Assembly: GCA_043826355.1 (NCBI GenBank)
Contig: JBDRQI010000004.1
Location: forward strand, 64,001 to 128,000
Length of the DNA: 64,000 bases
Reading direction: 5' to 3'
Origin: Candidatus Omnitrophota bacterium
GTDB lineage: Bacteria > Ratteibacteria > UBA8468 > MWAK01
Below, in pieces: positions 21,171-30,342 of this stretch. The notes under the pieces are model-generated. The model worked only from the letters and a program-made list of their open reading frames with translations, was not told where the DNA came from and made no database searches. The stretch's first letter is position 1. The number at the start of each line of letters is the position of its first letter. The translations under genes were made by a program, and so were the position numbers.

Positions 21171-21304
21171 TGTCATCCTGAGCCATTAACAATCTGTCAT
21201 CCTGAGTTGCGGTTGCGAAGGATCTCTCTTTAACAACGAGATTCTTCGTTTTACTCAGAATGACAAAAAGGTGTCATTCTGAAGCGAAGCGTACTGAAGA
21301 ATCT
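21171..21304. repeat. GTCAT-type palindromic cluster; empty counterpart of the GIY-YIG element
   Basis: Left arm GTCATCCTGAGCCATTAACAATCTGTCATCCTGAG is identical to 48661-48695. Confidence 0.9.
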
Positions 21305-22872
21305 GGTTTATTGCTTTGCTTTGCCGCCAGAATGCAGGGTCTCCGCGAAATAATCACGTTTACCCCTTCGGCATCTAATTTTTCCCGTATTATCTTTTCC
21401 GTCCTTCCGGAGTCAAACGGGTCAATCACCTCCACGGAACGCACTCCGCAGGACAGACATATTTCTTCCAGCGAAACCCTGTTCCCTTCTTTTCCTTTTG
21501 CGCTAATACCGGTCAGCGGAGTAGGTTGGTGGCCGGTCATGGCAATGGAGGAGTTGTCCAGAATCAGAACCAGGATGTCTGCCTGGTTGTAAACCGCGCT
21601 GATTAGCGCCGGAATCCCGGAGTGGAGAAAGGTGGAGTCTCCGATTACGGCGGCTACTCTTTGAACTCCCTGTTTGGCAATTCCGGCCGCTTTGCTTATA
21701 CTGGCGCCCATGCACAGGCAGGTATCCATAGCCGAAAGGGGCGGACTGGCGCCCAGCGTGTAACAGCCGATATCACCGGTGGTAAAATGAGGGCCGGCTT
21801 TTTTAAGCGATTTGTAGAGTTCCCGGTGGGGACAACCGGGGCACATTACCGGCGTCCTGGTTGGCAACCGGTCTTTCATAATAATTACTTTTTTTTCTTT
21901 CCGGCGCCAACTTGGAACGTATTCGGCCAGTATATCCGGTCCCAGTTCCCCTTCCGGTGAAATTTCTCCGGAAATTTTACCCCTTACCCGCGCCGAATAT
22001 TTTCGGGCAATCTTCTCCACCATGGGCTCGCCTTCTTCCAGGACCCAGATTTCTTTAAGTCCCTTCGTGAAATCGGCAATCAAGTTTTCGGAAAATGGGT
22101 AAGCGGAAATTTTAAGAAGCGCAAAATCAGGGCCATATTCACGGGCGTAAGCGTAGCCGATACCGCAGGCGATAATTCCTTTTTTCTGTTTATCTTTAAA
22201 GGCCCTGTTCAGTTTTGAGCGGTCCGTCCATTTTTGCAATTTAACCTGTTTTTCATTCAAAATCCGGTGGCACCGTATAACGTTGCTGGGAATGGCTAAC
22301 AATCGTTCCGGGTCTTTTTCCAGTTTAAGCGGGTTTTCCTTGCGGATGGCGCCTATTTTAACCGGAGATAAAGCGTGGGAAATTCTGGTTACGGTGCGGA
22401 CCATCACCGGAAGCCCCATCTCTTCCGAGAGGTTGAAAGCCATAATGGTCATATCCTTGGCTTCCTGGGAATCGCTTGGTTCCAGGCAGGGAATTTTGGC
22501 GAATTCAGCGTAATAACGGGAATCCTGTTCGTTTTGTGAGGAATAGGCGCCCGGGTCATCGGCAACTGCTAAAACAAGCCCTCCCTTAATCCCCAGGTAG
22601 GCGGAAGTCATAAGAGGGTCGGAAGCCACGTTTAAACCCACGTGCTTCATGGAGCAGAGCGCTCTCTTTCCGGCGTAGGATGTCCCGATGGCTGTTTCCA
22701 GGGCAACCTTTTCGTTCAAAGCCCACTGCGCGTCCCCGGAAAAGTTCTGCGCCAGGTATTCCAGGATTTCCGTGGCCGGAGTTCCGGGATAGCTTATCGC
22801 CAGGGAGATTCCCGCTTCAAGCGCGCCCCGGCCAATCGCCTCATTTCCGGAAAGCAGCTCTTTTGGCATCAT
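21274..22872 (-). CDS. iorA: Indolepyruvate:ferredoxin oxidoreductase alpha subunit
   Basis: 'LSGNEA', 'YPGTP', 'NEKVA', 'MKHVGLNVA.D', 'SSQNEQD', 'CPGCPH', 'DIGCY', 'GDSTF.HSG' and 'AMTGHQP'. Confidence 0.92.
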   Translation of the reverse strand: MMPKELLSGNEAIGRGALEAGISLAISYPGTPATEILEYLAQNFSGDAQWALNEKVALETAIGTSYAGKRALCSMKHVGLNVASDPLMTSAYLGIKGGLVLAVADDPGAYSSQNEQDSRYYAEFAKIPCLEPSDSQEAKDMTIMAFNLSEEMGLPVMVRTVTRISHALSPVKIGAIRKENPLKLEKDPERLLAIPSNVIRCHRILNEKQVKLQKWTDRSKLNRAFKDKQKKGIIACGIGYAYAREYGPDFALLKISAYPFSENLIADFTKGLKEIWVLEEGEPMVEKIARKYSARVRGKISGEISPEGELGPDILAEYVPSWRRKEKKVIIMKDRLPTRTPVMCPGCPHRELYKSLKKAGPHFTTGDIGCYTLGASPPLSAMDTCLCMGASISKAAGIAKQGVQRVAAVIGDSTFLHSGIPALISAVYNQADILVLILDNSSIAMTGHQPTPLTGISAKGKEGNRVSLEEICLSCGVRSVEVIDPFDSGRTEKIIREKLDAEGVNVIISRRPCILAAKQSNKPDSSVRFASE

Positions 22873-22910
22873 AATAAAATAGCACAAAACCGGTTTTTTT
22901 CTCAAGCGAC

Positions 22911-23130
22911 TGTCGCAGCAAAATGATAATGTCTCCTTTGTGCAAAATGAAAACGTCCTCTTTTGCTATACTATCCGGCAAAGGAGGACACATTGCGAAA
23001 GGACATTATCAGAATGAGTAAAAGAGAGATTGACAGACTTGGGGTAATTCAGGAAGTAATGAATAAGCGGACCAGACAGAAGGAAACAGCTCAAATGATT
23101 TTCCTATCCACCCGCCACCCGGCAGGTGCG
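22911..23130 (+). mobile_element. Truncated IS (ISNCY/IS1202-like): left end plus transposase N-terminal HTH fragment
   Basis: TGT-starting end with repeated CAAAATGA..AyGTC motifs. MSKREIDRLGVIQEVMNKRTRQKETAQMIFLSTR, then loss of similarity. Confidence 0.6.
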
Positions 23131-23169
23131 CCGGATTATCCGGGCAAGTCCACGCACCTTCTCATTCTT

Positions 23170-23745
23170 TTAAGGGTTAACAGCCGAGGCGCCGGAAGTG
23201 CCGGGGGTTTCATTAGAATCGCTTTTGGGAGAAGTTATAAAGGTTTCATCAGGGGCTTCCGGAAGCGCAGCATTTATGAGAGTAACAGCATCCGGACTTT
23301 TTGTACGAGCGTAGACTTCCGTACCTTCCTCTTGATTCAAATTTCGCTTCTCCCTTTTTGCTTTTTCATAAATATTTCGAACAGAAGGATGTTCGGAGAT
23401 TACGGACATAAACTGCCTTGTTTTATCCAATGCATCAGTGGGAAAAACATTGGAAATATTTTTGATAATTTGGTCAAGCTCTTTATCGGACAGAGTAGTA
23501 GGCAAGACAGAAAGTTCCTGGTGTAATTTAGCTATATCTTTGTCAGAGAGTATTGCGGATTTAGGCGACTCGACCGTCTGGTTTGGAACAGCGCTCTGTT
23601 GGTCATCTAAAATAGAATTCATATTTTCTTCAGTTTTAACTTTTTCTGAAGACTTTTGGACCGTTTTGAAAGCAATGGCCACAATTAATATTATTACTAA
23701 AATCGCTGCGACTCCTAACCAATTTTTATTAATTTTATTGTCCAT
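23170..23745 (-). CDS. Hypothetical membrane-anchored protein
   Basis: AGGAGG RBS and a single N-terminal TM helix. AT-rich. Confidence 0.65.
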   Translation of the reverse strand: MDNKINKNWLGVAAILVIILIVAIAFKTVQKSSEKVKTEENMNSILDDQQSAVPNQTVESPKSAILSDKDIAKLHQELSVLPTTLSDKELDQIIKNISNVFPTDALDKTRQFMSVISEHPSVRNIYEKAKREKRNLNQEEGTEVYARTKSPDAVTLINAALPEAPDETFITSPKSDSNETPGTSGASAVNP

Positions 23746-23967
23746 TACTTCCCTCCTAATTTTCACAAAAGGCAATCTACATATAGAACAAGGCGAAGAT
23801 CTCTGTTTATTTTTAATTTTAACATTCCCAATTTAATTTGTAAAGGGGTGGGTTTGGATACCAAACAAATTATAACACTTTTCTGGAATGCGGTTAAGAG
23901 ATATGAAATGGTGATTCGGGGATAGTATAAAAGTAAGGGTGTGAGGGGAATAAGGTATAATATAAGC

Positions 23968-25272
23968 ATGAAAGTTTATGCGCTGAGCCTGGGATGTCCG
24001 AAAAACCTGGTTGATACCGAAAGGTTTCTGGCTGAACTTGTCGGCAAGAAGTGGGAGGTTGTCGCAGAGCCGTCCGGCGCGGACGTCCTCTTCCTGAATA
24101 CCTGCGCTTTTCTCACCGAGGCGGTAGTTGAGTCGAAAAAGTTTTTACGGGACTTAATTACCGTCAAGAAGCGTTTTCCGGGAAAGAAGATTTATTTAGC
24201 CGGCTGTATGGTTAGACGCTTCGGTAAATCGCTCTTATCCGAATTTCCGGAGGTTGACCGGCTAATTTTTCCTCAGGAAATGGCATTTCTTTCCGGTCGT
24301 TTCCTCTGCACCCCCGGCCATTACGGCTATCTTAAAATTTCCGAAGGTTGCGATAACCATTGTCGTTACTGTCTTATTCCTTTCCTGAGAGGCCCGTTAA
24401 AAAGTTACCCGATGGAACGTTTGATTACTGAAGCAACTGCATTGGTAACCGGCGGCGTGCGGGAATTGAATATTTGTGCCCAGGATACAACGTCTTACGG
24501 AGTTGACCTTTACGGAAAACCGGTTTTAGATAAACTATTGCGGGAAATTTGTCGGATTAAAGATTTACGCTGGGTTCGAATCCTGTATACTTATCCGACC
24601 GGTTATAACGAGGAACTGATAGAAACGCTTGCAGAACTCACTTCCCCCTCACCTTTATCCTCTCCCCATAGGGGAGAGGGTGGGGTGAGGGGGAAATTAT
24701 GTCCCTATCTCGACATCCCTTTACAGCACGCCTCCGACCGGATACTTTCGGAGATGAACCGCCGGGGCAACCAAAAGGAATACCGGAAACTGATTGTCCG
24801 GTTGCGCCGCGCCGTCCCGGACTTGACCCTGCGCACCACCTTTATTGTCGGTTATCCGGGCGAGACGGAAGAGGATTTTCGGATACTCCTGAATTTTGTT
24901 AAGGAAGTTGAGTTTGAAAAGATGGGCCTCTTCGCCTACTCGGGGGAAACCGGTACGCTGGCGGCCGATTTGCCGCAAATCCCGCAAACGCTGAAGGAAG
25001 AACGGCTGGAAAAGTTATGGCAGGTCCAGAACGATATTTCGCGGCGAAAAATGGAAAGTTTTGTCGGGCGCGAAGTTGAAGCGGTTGCCGAAGATGTTAA
25101 TCCGGACGATAAGAAAAAGTCTATCGGGAGAACTATTTTTGATGCACCTGAAGTGGACGGTTCAATCTTTCTGGACCGCCTGCTTCCGGCCGGGACCTTT
25201 GTCAGGGTAAAGATTACTGGTGCGGATTCCTACGACCTGCACGGAAAAGTAACACAAGTACTGTCATCCTGA
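23968..25272 (+). CDS. rimO: Ribosomal protein S12 methylthiotransferase
   Basis: 'SLGCPKNLVDTE', 'NTCAF', 'YLKISEGCDNHCRYC.IP', 'YLDIPLQH', 'DAPEVDG' and a TRAM C-terminus. Confidence 0.95.
   Translation: MKVYALSLGCPKNLVDTERFLAELVGKKWEVVAEPSGADVLFLNTCAFLTEAVVESKKFLRDLITVKKRFPGKKIYLAGCMVRRFGKSLLSEFPEVDRLIFPQEMAFLSGRFLCTPGHYGYLKISEGCDNHCRYCLIPFLRGPLKSYPMERLITEATALVTGGVRELNICAQDTTSYGVDLYGKPVLDKLLREICRIKDLRWVRILYTYPTGYNEELIETLAELTSPSPLSSPHRGEGGVRGKLCPYLDIPLQHASDRILSEMNRRGNQKEYRKLIVRLRRAVPDLTLRTTFIVGYPGETEEDFRILLNFVKEVEFEKMGLFAYSGETGTLAADLPQIPQTLKEERLEKLWQVQNDISRRKMESFVGREVEAVAEDVNPDDKKKSIGRTIFDAPEVDGSIFLDRLLPAGTFVRVKITGADSYDLHGKVTQVLSS
24642..24695. repeat. Palindromic element inserted in frame inside rimO
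   Basis: TTCCCCCTCACC..CCTCTCCCC-ATA-GGGGAGAGG..GGTGAGGGGGAA, within the peptide TSPSPLSSPHRGEGGVRGK. Confidence 0.85.
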
Positions 25273-25469
25273 GCCCAAAAATAATATGTCATCCTGAACG
25301 CACTCTGTGTCATTCTGAGTGAAACGAAGAATCTCGTCCTTAATAAATACGAGATCCTTCGCAACTTCGGCTCAGGATGACAAAGCATTGTTTTACTCAG
25401 GATGACAAAGTACGTCAGATTCTTCGGCGGAGTTTACCCTTGAGCAGAGCGAAGGGCCTCAGAATGACA
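25262..25469. repeat. GTCAT-type palindromic cluster
   Basis: Three left arms and three right arms. Core nearly identical to 34484-34662. Confidence 0.9.
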
Positions 25470-25479
25470 GCACCATCTG

Positions 25480-27078
25480 TTATTTAATCTGCGCGGTCTT
25501 TTCCTCAAGCAGGGCCGAGGCATCCGCTGATTCGTTGGCAACGTGCGGCGTAATGAATATCAAGAGTTCCGTTTTTTTCGGTTCTTTAACCGTTCGTTTG
25601 AAAAGATAACCGAGAACCGGAATATCCCCGAAGAAAGGAACTTTATAGGAAGTATCCTTTGTTTGATTTGTTAACAAACCCCCGATTACAACCGTCTGAC
25701 CGGCTTTAACCGTAACATTGGTATCGGCTTCCCGGCTGTTGATTCTGGGCAGAATCAGGGTTCCATCTCCAATACCCGAAGAGACAGAATCACCCAGGGA
25801 TGTTATTTCCGGGTGGAGAATCATTTCTACCGCGCCTTCCCGGTTAACGTGAGGTATCACCCGGAGACTGATGCCGATGGGTTCGTAATGGTCAAGCGAA
25901 CCGGTGATCAAGGTCTTTCCCAGGGCATCGGTAGTCGTGGTGGTGGTCATGATCGGGTATCTCTCTCCAACCATAATTACGGCCGGGTAGTTGTCCAGGG
26001 CCATAATCCGAGGATTAGAAAGGATGTTGGCTTTTCCTTCTCTTTCCAGGGCTTTTATCGTTACGGTTAAAGGACTGTTGTCGTAGCCCAGAGAGAGTCC
26101 GCCCCCGGCTGACATTGCCGGGACAGGAAATACCGGGTTGGTTAAGGATGTCAAACCGTAACTGATATGGTCATGCGTGGTGGCAGCCCAGTCAATCCCG
26201 ATATCCCTTACGTATTCCGAGCCGATTTCCACAATCATCGCTTCAATCAAAATTTGGGATGGTTTCACGTCTAATTGGCTAATAAGTGACTCAATTCTGG
26301 CTATAACCGCCGGGGAATCAACAACTATCAGGGTTTTAGGTTTTTCTTCATCGGCGGTTATTTCGCGTGCTTTTTTCCCGATGGCAGTTCCGGTAGTGGA
26401 AACGCCGCTCATTTGCCAGCCGCCTACATATAAATTAGTCATCACATCAACCGTTCCGATTTTAGGCGTAAGTTGATTTTTAACAATCTCCTTGATTTTT
26501 TCTGCGCTTATGTAATTAAGGGTAAATACCTTGGTAACCAGCGTATTGGCGGTCAGGGCAAGATTTTTGGCAGAAAGATTTGTCAGGGTGGAAACCAGCA
26601 TCAGATTACCAACTTTTTCGTAACCAAAACCGTTTACCCCAAGGATTGCTTGCAGGGCTTCTTCCGCCGGCACGTTAACTAATGATATGGTTACGGTTCC
26701 GGTTACTTCTTTTCCCGCCACGATATTAAATCCATATTCCTGGGCGAAGAGACGCAGGACATCATTGAGGTCAGCATCCTTGAGGTCTAAACTGAACAGG
26801 TTATCGGATTTAATTTTAGGCGCGGATATCTTGGCGAGTAGGTTTCTAGCTTTTTCATAATCAGGATTTATCTGCAGAGATTTGTTTAATTCGCCAATAG
26901 CCGCCTCGGTCTCTCCCTTAAGGTAATATGCCACCCCGGCCCGGAAATGTTCTTCTTCGCTATCGGTTGCGGCGGAGATGATTGGCGCTAAAAACAGAAA
27001 CAGCATTAATTGTAAAAATAAAGCGGCGCTTATTAACAACCTTGTCTGTTTAACCTGTTGTTTTCGAATTGTCATCAT
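25480..27078 (-). CDS. pilQ: Secretin PilQ/GspD with N-terminal TPR
   Basis: 'SLDLKDADLNDVL', 'QILIEAMIVE', 'LSNPRI', 'TVVIGGL', 'KVPFFGDIPVLGYLF' and 'ELLIFITP'. Confidence 0.9.
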   Translation of the reverse strand: MMTIRKQQVKQTRLLISAALFLQLMLFLFLAPIISAATDSEEEHFRAGVAYYLKGETEAAIGELNKSLQINPDYEKARNLLAKISAPKIKSDNLFSLDLKDADLNDVLRLFAQEYGFNIVAGKEVTGTVTISLVNVPAEEALQAILGVNGFGYEKVGNLMLVSTLTNLSAKNLALTANTLVTKVFTLNYISAEKIKEIVKNQLTPKIGTVDVMTNLYVGGWQMSGVSTTGTAIGKKAREITADEEKPKTLIVVDSPAVIARIESLISQLDVKPSQILIEAMIVEIGSEYVRDIGIDWAATTHDHISYGLTSLTNPVFPVPAMSAGGGLSLGYDNSPLTVTIKALEREGKANILSNPRIMALDNYPAVIMVGERYPIMTTTTTTDALGKTLITGSLDHYEPIGISLRVIPHVNREGAVEMILHPEITSLGDSVSSGIGDGTLILPRINSREADTNVTVKAGQTVVIGGLLTNQTKDTSYKVPFFGDIPVLGYLFKRTVKEPKKTELLIFITPHVANESADASALLEEKTAQIK

Positions 27079-27563
27079 GGTAATACCTCCACAACTTCGG
27101 CTAATTTTTCTTTAAACTTCGTGATGGCTGCCAGTATCTGCTCAGTCGTTTCCAACGCTTGCCGATATTGAGCAATTTGAATATCATTATTGAGCTTTTT
27201 GTTCAAATTCTTAATCTTCAGGTAGTCAGGGTCTACCGGTTCTTTTTCGACAAAAATATTCACGGGGGGTGCTTTGCCTGACTCCCATACGCTTGCCGGA
27301 GCCGGTCCTCCGACGATATTAATCAGTATCGGCTGGCCAATGGAAAGTATGTTTGGGTCGGAAAGCCTGTTGAGCCGGACAAGCTCGGCGACGGTAGTTC
27401 CATGCCTTTTGGCTATCGTTGACAGGCAGTCACCCGGACGGACCAGGTAAACGGTGGTGCCGTTATCCGGGGCGGCGGCGGTATACGCCGTTAATCCAAG
27501 GGCCATGCCGGTCAGAAAGATGGTTACGGACGCCAGAATTTTCAATTTATTTATGGTTCTCAT
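27075..27563 (-). CDS. Secreted LysM-domain protein
   Basis: Signal peptide and 'YLVRPGDCLSTIAKRHGTTVAELVRLN.LSDPN.L.IGQ.I'. Confidence 0.85.
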   Translation of the reverse strand: MRTINKLKILASVTIFLTGMALGLTAYTAAAPDNGTTVYLVRPGDCLSTIAKRHGTTVAELVRLNRLSDPNILSIGQPILINIVGGPAPASVWESGKAPPVNIFVEKEPVDPDYLKIKNLNKKLNNDIQIAQYRQALETTEQILAAITKFKEKLAEVVEVLP

Positions 27564-27576
27564 TATTTTATATAAT

Positions 27577-27652
27577 ATAGGGGAGGGGCTATGCCCCCTT
27601 CCGCCAGAGGCGGACTTTCAGACCGCGGGCGGGGATGTAACCCCGCCCCTAC
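27577..27652. repeat. Inverted pair of GTAG family-1 REPs
   Basis: ATAGGGGAGGGGC..CC / GGGCGGGGATGTAACCCCGCCCCTAC. Confidence 0.8.
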
Positions 27653-27657
27653 AATTT

Positions 27658-28125
27658 TTAATTTCCCAGCCGGAGAACTTCCTCGTCCGTTCCTTTTTTT
27701 AGAATGACCCGGTCTCTTTCGATGGCGATAATTTTTTTATCGTTCAGGGTGTCTCCAACCCGATAAATTTTTTCATCAATAATCGCGGACGCCTTATTAG
27801 GGCCGACCATAGTTCCGGTAAGGGAATAAGGTGTCCCTTTAATAATTAATTGAAAGGGCTGTGATGAACCGGCGCCGGCCGAAGCGAGGACCGGCTGCAT
27901 CGGGTCTCTTTTGGTTGCGTGATAGTATATTGGCAGATTGACCGATTTGGATTTTTCCAGCAGGTCTGCCGTCTCTTCCCAAAAATCTTCTTCGTTAATT
28001 ACTTCGGTTATTCCGGGTTCAATTTTTGCCTGGATTGGTTTTTTCCCGGCTAGGCGGAGGCTGAAGAATAGGAATCCTAAAGAAAAGAGCAGGAGAACTG
28101 CAAGAAATACCGTCTTTTTATTCAT
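27658..28125 (-). CDS. PilP/GspC-like pilus assembly protein
   Basis: N-terminal TM, 'RDPM', 'LTGTM...ASAIID...YRVGD' and operon position between pilO and pilQ. Confidence 0.6.
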   Translation of the reverse strand: MNKKTVFLAVLLLFSLGFLFFSLRLAGKKPIQAKIEPGITEVINEEDFWEETADLLEKSKSVNLPIYYHATKRDPMQPVLASAGAGSSQPFQLIIKGTPYSLTGTMVGPNKASAIIDEKIYRVGDTLNDKKIIAIERDRVILKKGTDEEVLRLGN

Positions 28126-28628
28126 TTTGTATAGGCGATAACGTCTATTTTTCCCCGGTGCAGGTTTTCTGCGTTTTCCAGGGTTAACCGGTTTATTTGG
28201 AAAGGGACCTGGTTTGATTCCAGGAGGTGGATGAAATTTACAATCTGTCGATAGTTTCCCGTAAAGATAATCGTGAAGAAAACTTCACCGGCCGTTTTGG
28301 CGGTATCGTTTTGGGGGGTAGGGATAACAGAGGAAACCCGGATGTTTGCTTTTTGAGTCAAACTTAAAAGCCTGGTCAGGATCGATTTTTCCGGTACAAA
28401 GAGCCTGTTTTCAAGAGTGGCGCCAATCTCTTTCAATCCGTTTCTGGAAGCGATAATATTTTTTTCCTGCTGCATCGCAGATGACTTTAAGGTATCGGAA
28501 TTTAATTTTACTTTTAGTTCTTTTATTTTAAGGTTTTGGGGAAAAACGAAAACCAGAAAAAGAGAAACCATCAACGCCAAATAAACTACGGAGGCTACCA
28601 AAAACCATCTCAAAGGGATTCTTTTCAT
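28122..28628 (-). CDS. pilO: PilO/GspM-like protein
   Basis: TM, coiled coil, 'FTGNY.QIVNFIHLLE' and operon position. Confidence 0.7.
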   Translation of the reverse strand: MKRIPLRWFLVASVVYLALMVSLFLVFVFPQNLKIKELKVKLNSDTLKSSAMQQEKNIIASRNGLKEIGATLENRLFVPEKSILTRLLSLTQKANIRVSSVIPTPQNDTAKTAGEVFFTIIFTGNYRQIVNFIHLLESNQVPFQINRLTLENAENLHRGKIDVIAYTK

Positions 28629-29173
28629 TTTTTTATTCCGACCATACTGAAACTGATGGTTCCTGTTTCTTCACTTATCTGTTCAAATTTAATTTCATTC
28701 AATCCCTGTCTAAAATTTTCATTTCCGTTTAATTTTTCCAAAAAGACAGACAGGGGAACCATCGTTTGGTTTCCGGACAACCCCTCTCCTTCCAGGGAGA
28801 TAATGTTCCCTTCAAAATTTATCTTGTTGAGATGGAAATGGCTGGGTATGGCATCAGAGAGTACAACCAATTTCGGCGTCAGGACCAGGCGTTGTTCTTG
28901 GAAGAGAACGGTTTTTTTTAATTCTTCCTGCCAGTATTTCTCCTTATCGGTGGGAGAGAACGCCTCTCTTTGTTCTTTCGTCAGGGACAAACCCTGTTTT
29001 TCTATTCGTTTGGTATATTCGGTAATAATGGTTTTATTAGTCGAGCGAACGATACTCAAAATTGCCAGGGAGAAGAACAGGATGGGCAGAAAAATACCGA
29101 TAAGGAAAAAAAGACGCTCTCTTTTTTCAATTGGGGCAGTGTATCTTTCTTTGATTAAATTAATCTTAACCAT
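28625..29173 (-). CDS. pilN: PilN-like protein
   Basis: 'KINLI' motif, TM, 'LSDAIP' and 'LEG'. Confidence 0.75.
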   Translation of the reverse strand: MVKINLIKERYTAPIEKRERLFFLIGIFLPILFFSLAILSIVRSTNKTIITEYTKRIEKQGLSLTKEQREAFSPTDKEKYWQEELKKTVLFQEQRLVLTPKLVVLSDAIPSHFHLNKINFEGNIISLEGEGLSGNQTMVPLSVFLEKLNGNENFRQGLNEIKFEQISEETGTISFSMVGIKK

Positions 29174-29191
29174 ACATTTTTGTCAATAAAT

Positions 29192-29275
29192 GTATGGGAG
29201 GGGCTGCGTCCCCTCCCGCCAGAGGCGGACTTGATGAAACTCAGCCCGCGGGCGGGGATGTAACCCCGCCCCTAC
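29192..29275. repeat. Inverted pair of GTAG family-1 REPs
   Basis: Shares CCGCCAGAGGCGGACT and GGGCGGGGATGTAACCCCGCCCCTAC with 27577-27652. Confidence 0.8.
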
Positions 29276-29289
29276 ACAAAACTGCAAAT

Positions 29290-30270
29290 TTATATTCGTT
29301 CCTCGGTAGCAAGGCCGGCCAGGACGGCGCAGAAAGGGACCAGGTTTTTCCCCCGTTCTGTTTGCAGGCCATCGTCATTCAAGAGCGGATAAGGCTTCAG
29401 TTCCAACAGCATCTTTTCTCCGATAAATTCCGGCAAGAAAGGAATCTGACTGCCGCCGCCGGTTAATACCAATTTCTTAACCTTAGTTTCCATGGTCTGC
29501 TGGCAATAACTGGTCGTCTTTTCCAGTTCATCTGACAGGGTTTTTGTGATTTTATCAAGAGCATTCGGAAAGGTAATTAAGGAATATTTTCTTTCTTCCA
29601 GCATCTCCAGGACGGTTGGAGCGTCGAAGTTGTTGGTAGACGTTATTTCGGCGATTATTTTTTCGTTTCCCCAGGGGATATCCCGGATAAAAAGAAGTTT
29701 GTCTTTTTCAACTACGGCCAGGTTGCTTCTCCGGTGTCCAATGTTAAGAAGCAGGGTTGTTTCGGAATCGCTTCCGTTGTTGGCAAGGTATCCGTTTGCC
29801 AGCGCAATACTATCAACGGTTAGTCCGGCCGGCTTGAGCCCCGTTGATTTAAGTAAAGAAATTCTTTCGTTACTTAAAATCTGCGGGGCGGCGACAAAGA
29901 GAATTCCCCTTTTTTCATTTTTTTGGCCAAGAAGAGAGAAATCGGAATCCATTTGGGAAAGGTCTTCTCCGAGAACCTGCTCTGCTTCAATTCTAATTGC
30001 CCCAATCAATTCTTTGCCGGTCAAACCGGGAAGGGACAGGTATTGCATGTTTATTTCCGGCCCGGAAATAGAAGAAAAAGCCGGTTTTTGGTCCAGGCGG
30101 TGTTTAGCGACCCAACCGGAAATCAGGGCGGCTATTTCATCCGTTTCAATAGGCCGCCGGGCAAATTCAATTGCCTTCAATTTTCCTTTGCCATCAACAA
30201 ACCCTAATTTTACGTAGCGGCTGCCGATATCTACGACTACGGTGGCCTGGTTGCCTTTTTTTCGTTTCAT
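29290..30270 (-). CDS. pilM: Type IV pilus assembly protein PilM
   Basis: Actin-fold motifs 'VDIGSRYVK', 'LNIG' and 'LTGGGS'. Confidence 0.85.
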   Translation of the reverse strand: MKRKKGNQATVVVDIGSRYVKLGFVDGKGKLKAIEFARRPIETDEIAALISGWVAKHRLDQKPAFSSISGPEINMQYLSLPGLTGKELIGAIRIEAEQVLGEDLSQMDSDFSLLGQKNEKRGILFVAAPQILSNERISLLKSTGLKPAGLTVDSIALANGYLANNGSDSETTLLLNIGHRRSNLAVVEKDKLLFIRDIPWGNEKIIAEITSTNNFDAPTVLEMLEERKYSLITFPNALDKITKTLSDELEKTTSYCQQTMETKVKKLVLTGGGSQIPFLPEFIGEKMLLELKPYPLLNDDGLQTERGKNLVPFCAVLAGLATEERI

Positions 30271-30342
30271 TGTTTTAAAGTTTACACCATACAATATATT
30301 GATGTCAAGAAAAACCTTTTTTACTTTTCGGCTCAAAATCAA

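Noticed and set aside
22963..23526. 187-aa ORF as an intact transposase
   Set aside because: Only the first ~50 residues look like a transposase HTH; the rest is antisense to the 23170-23745 gene.
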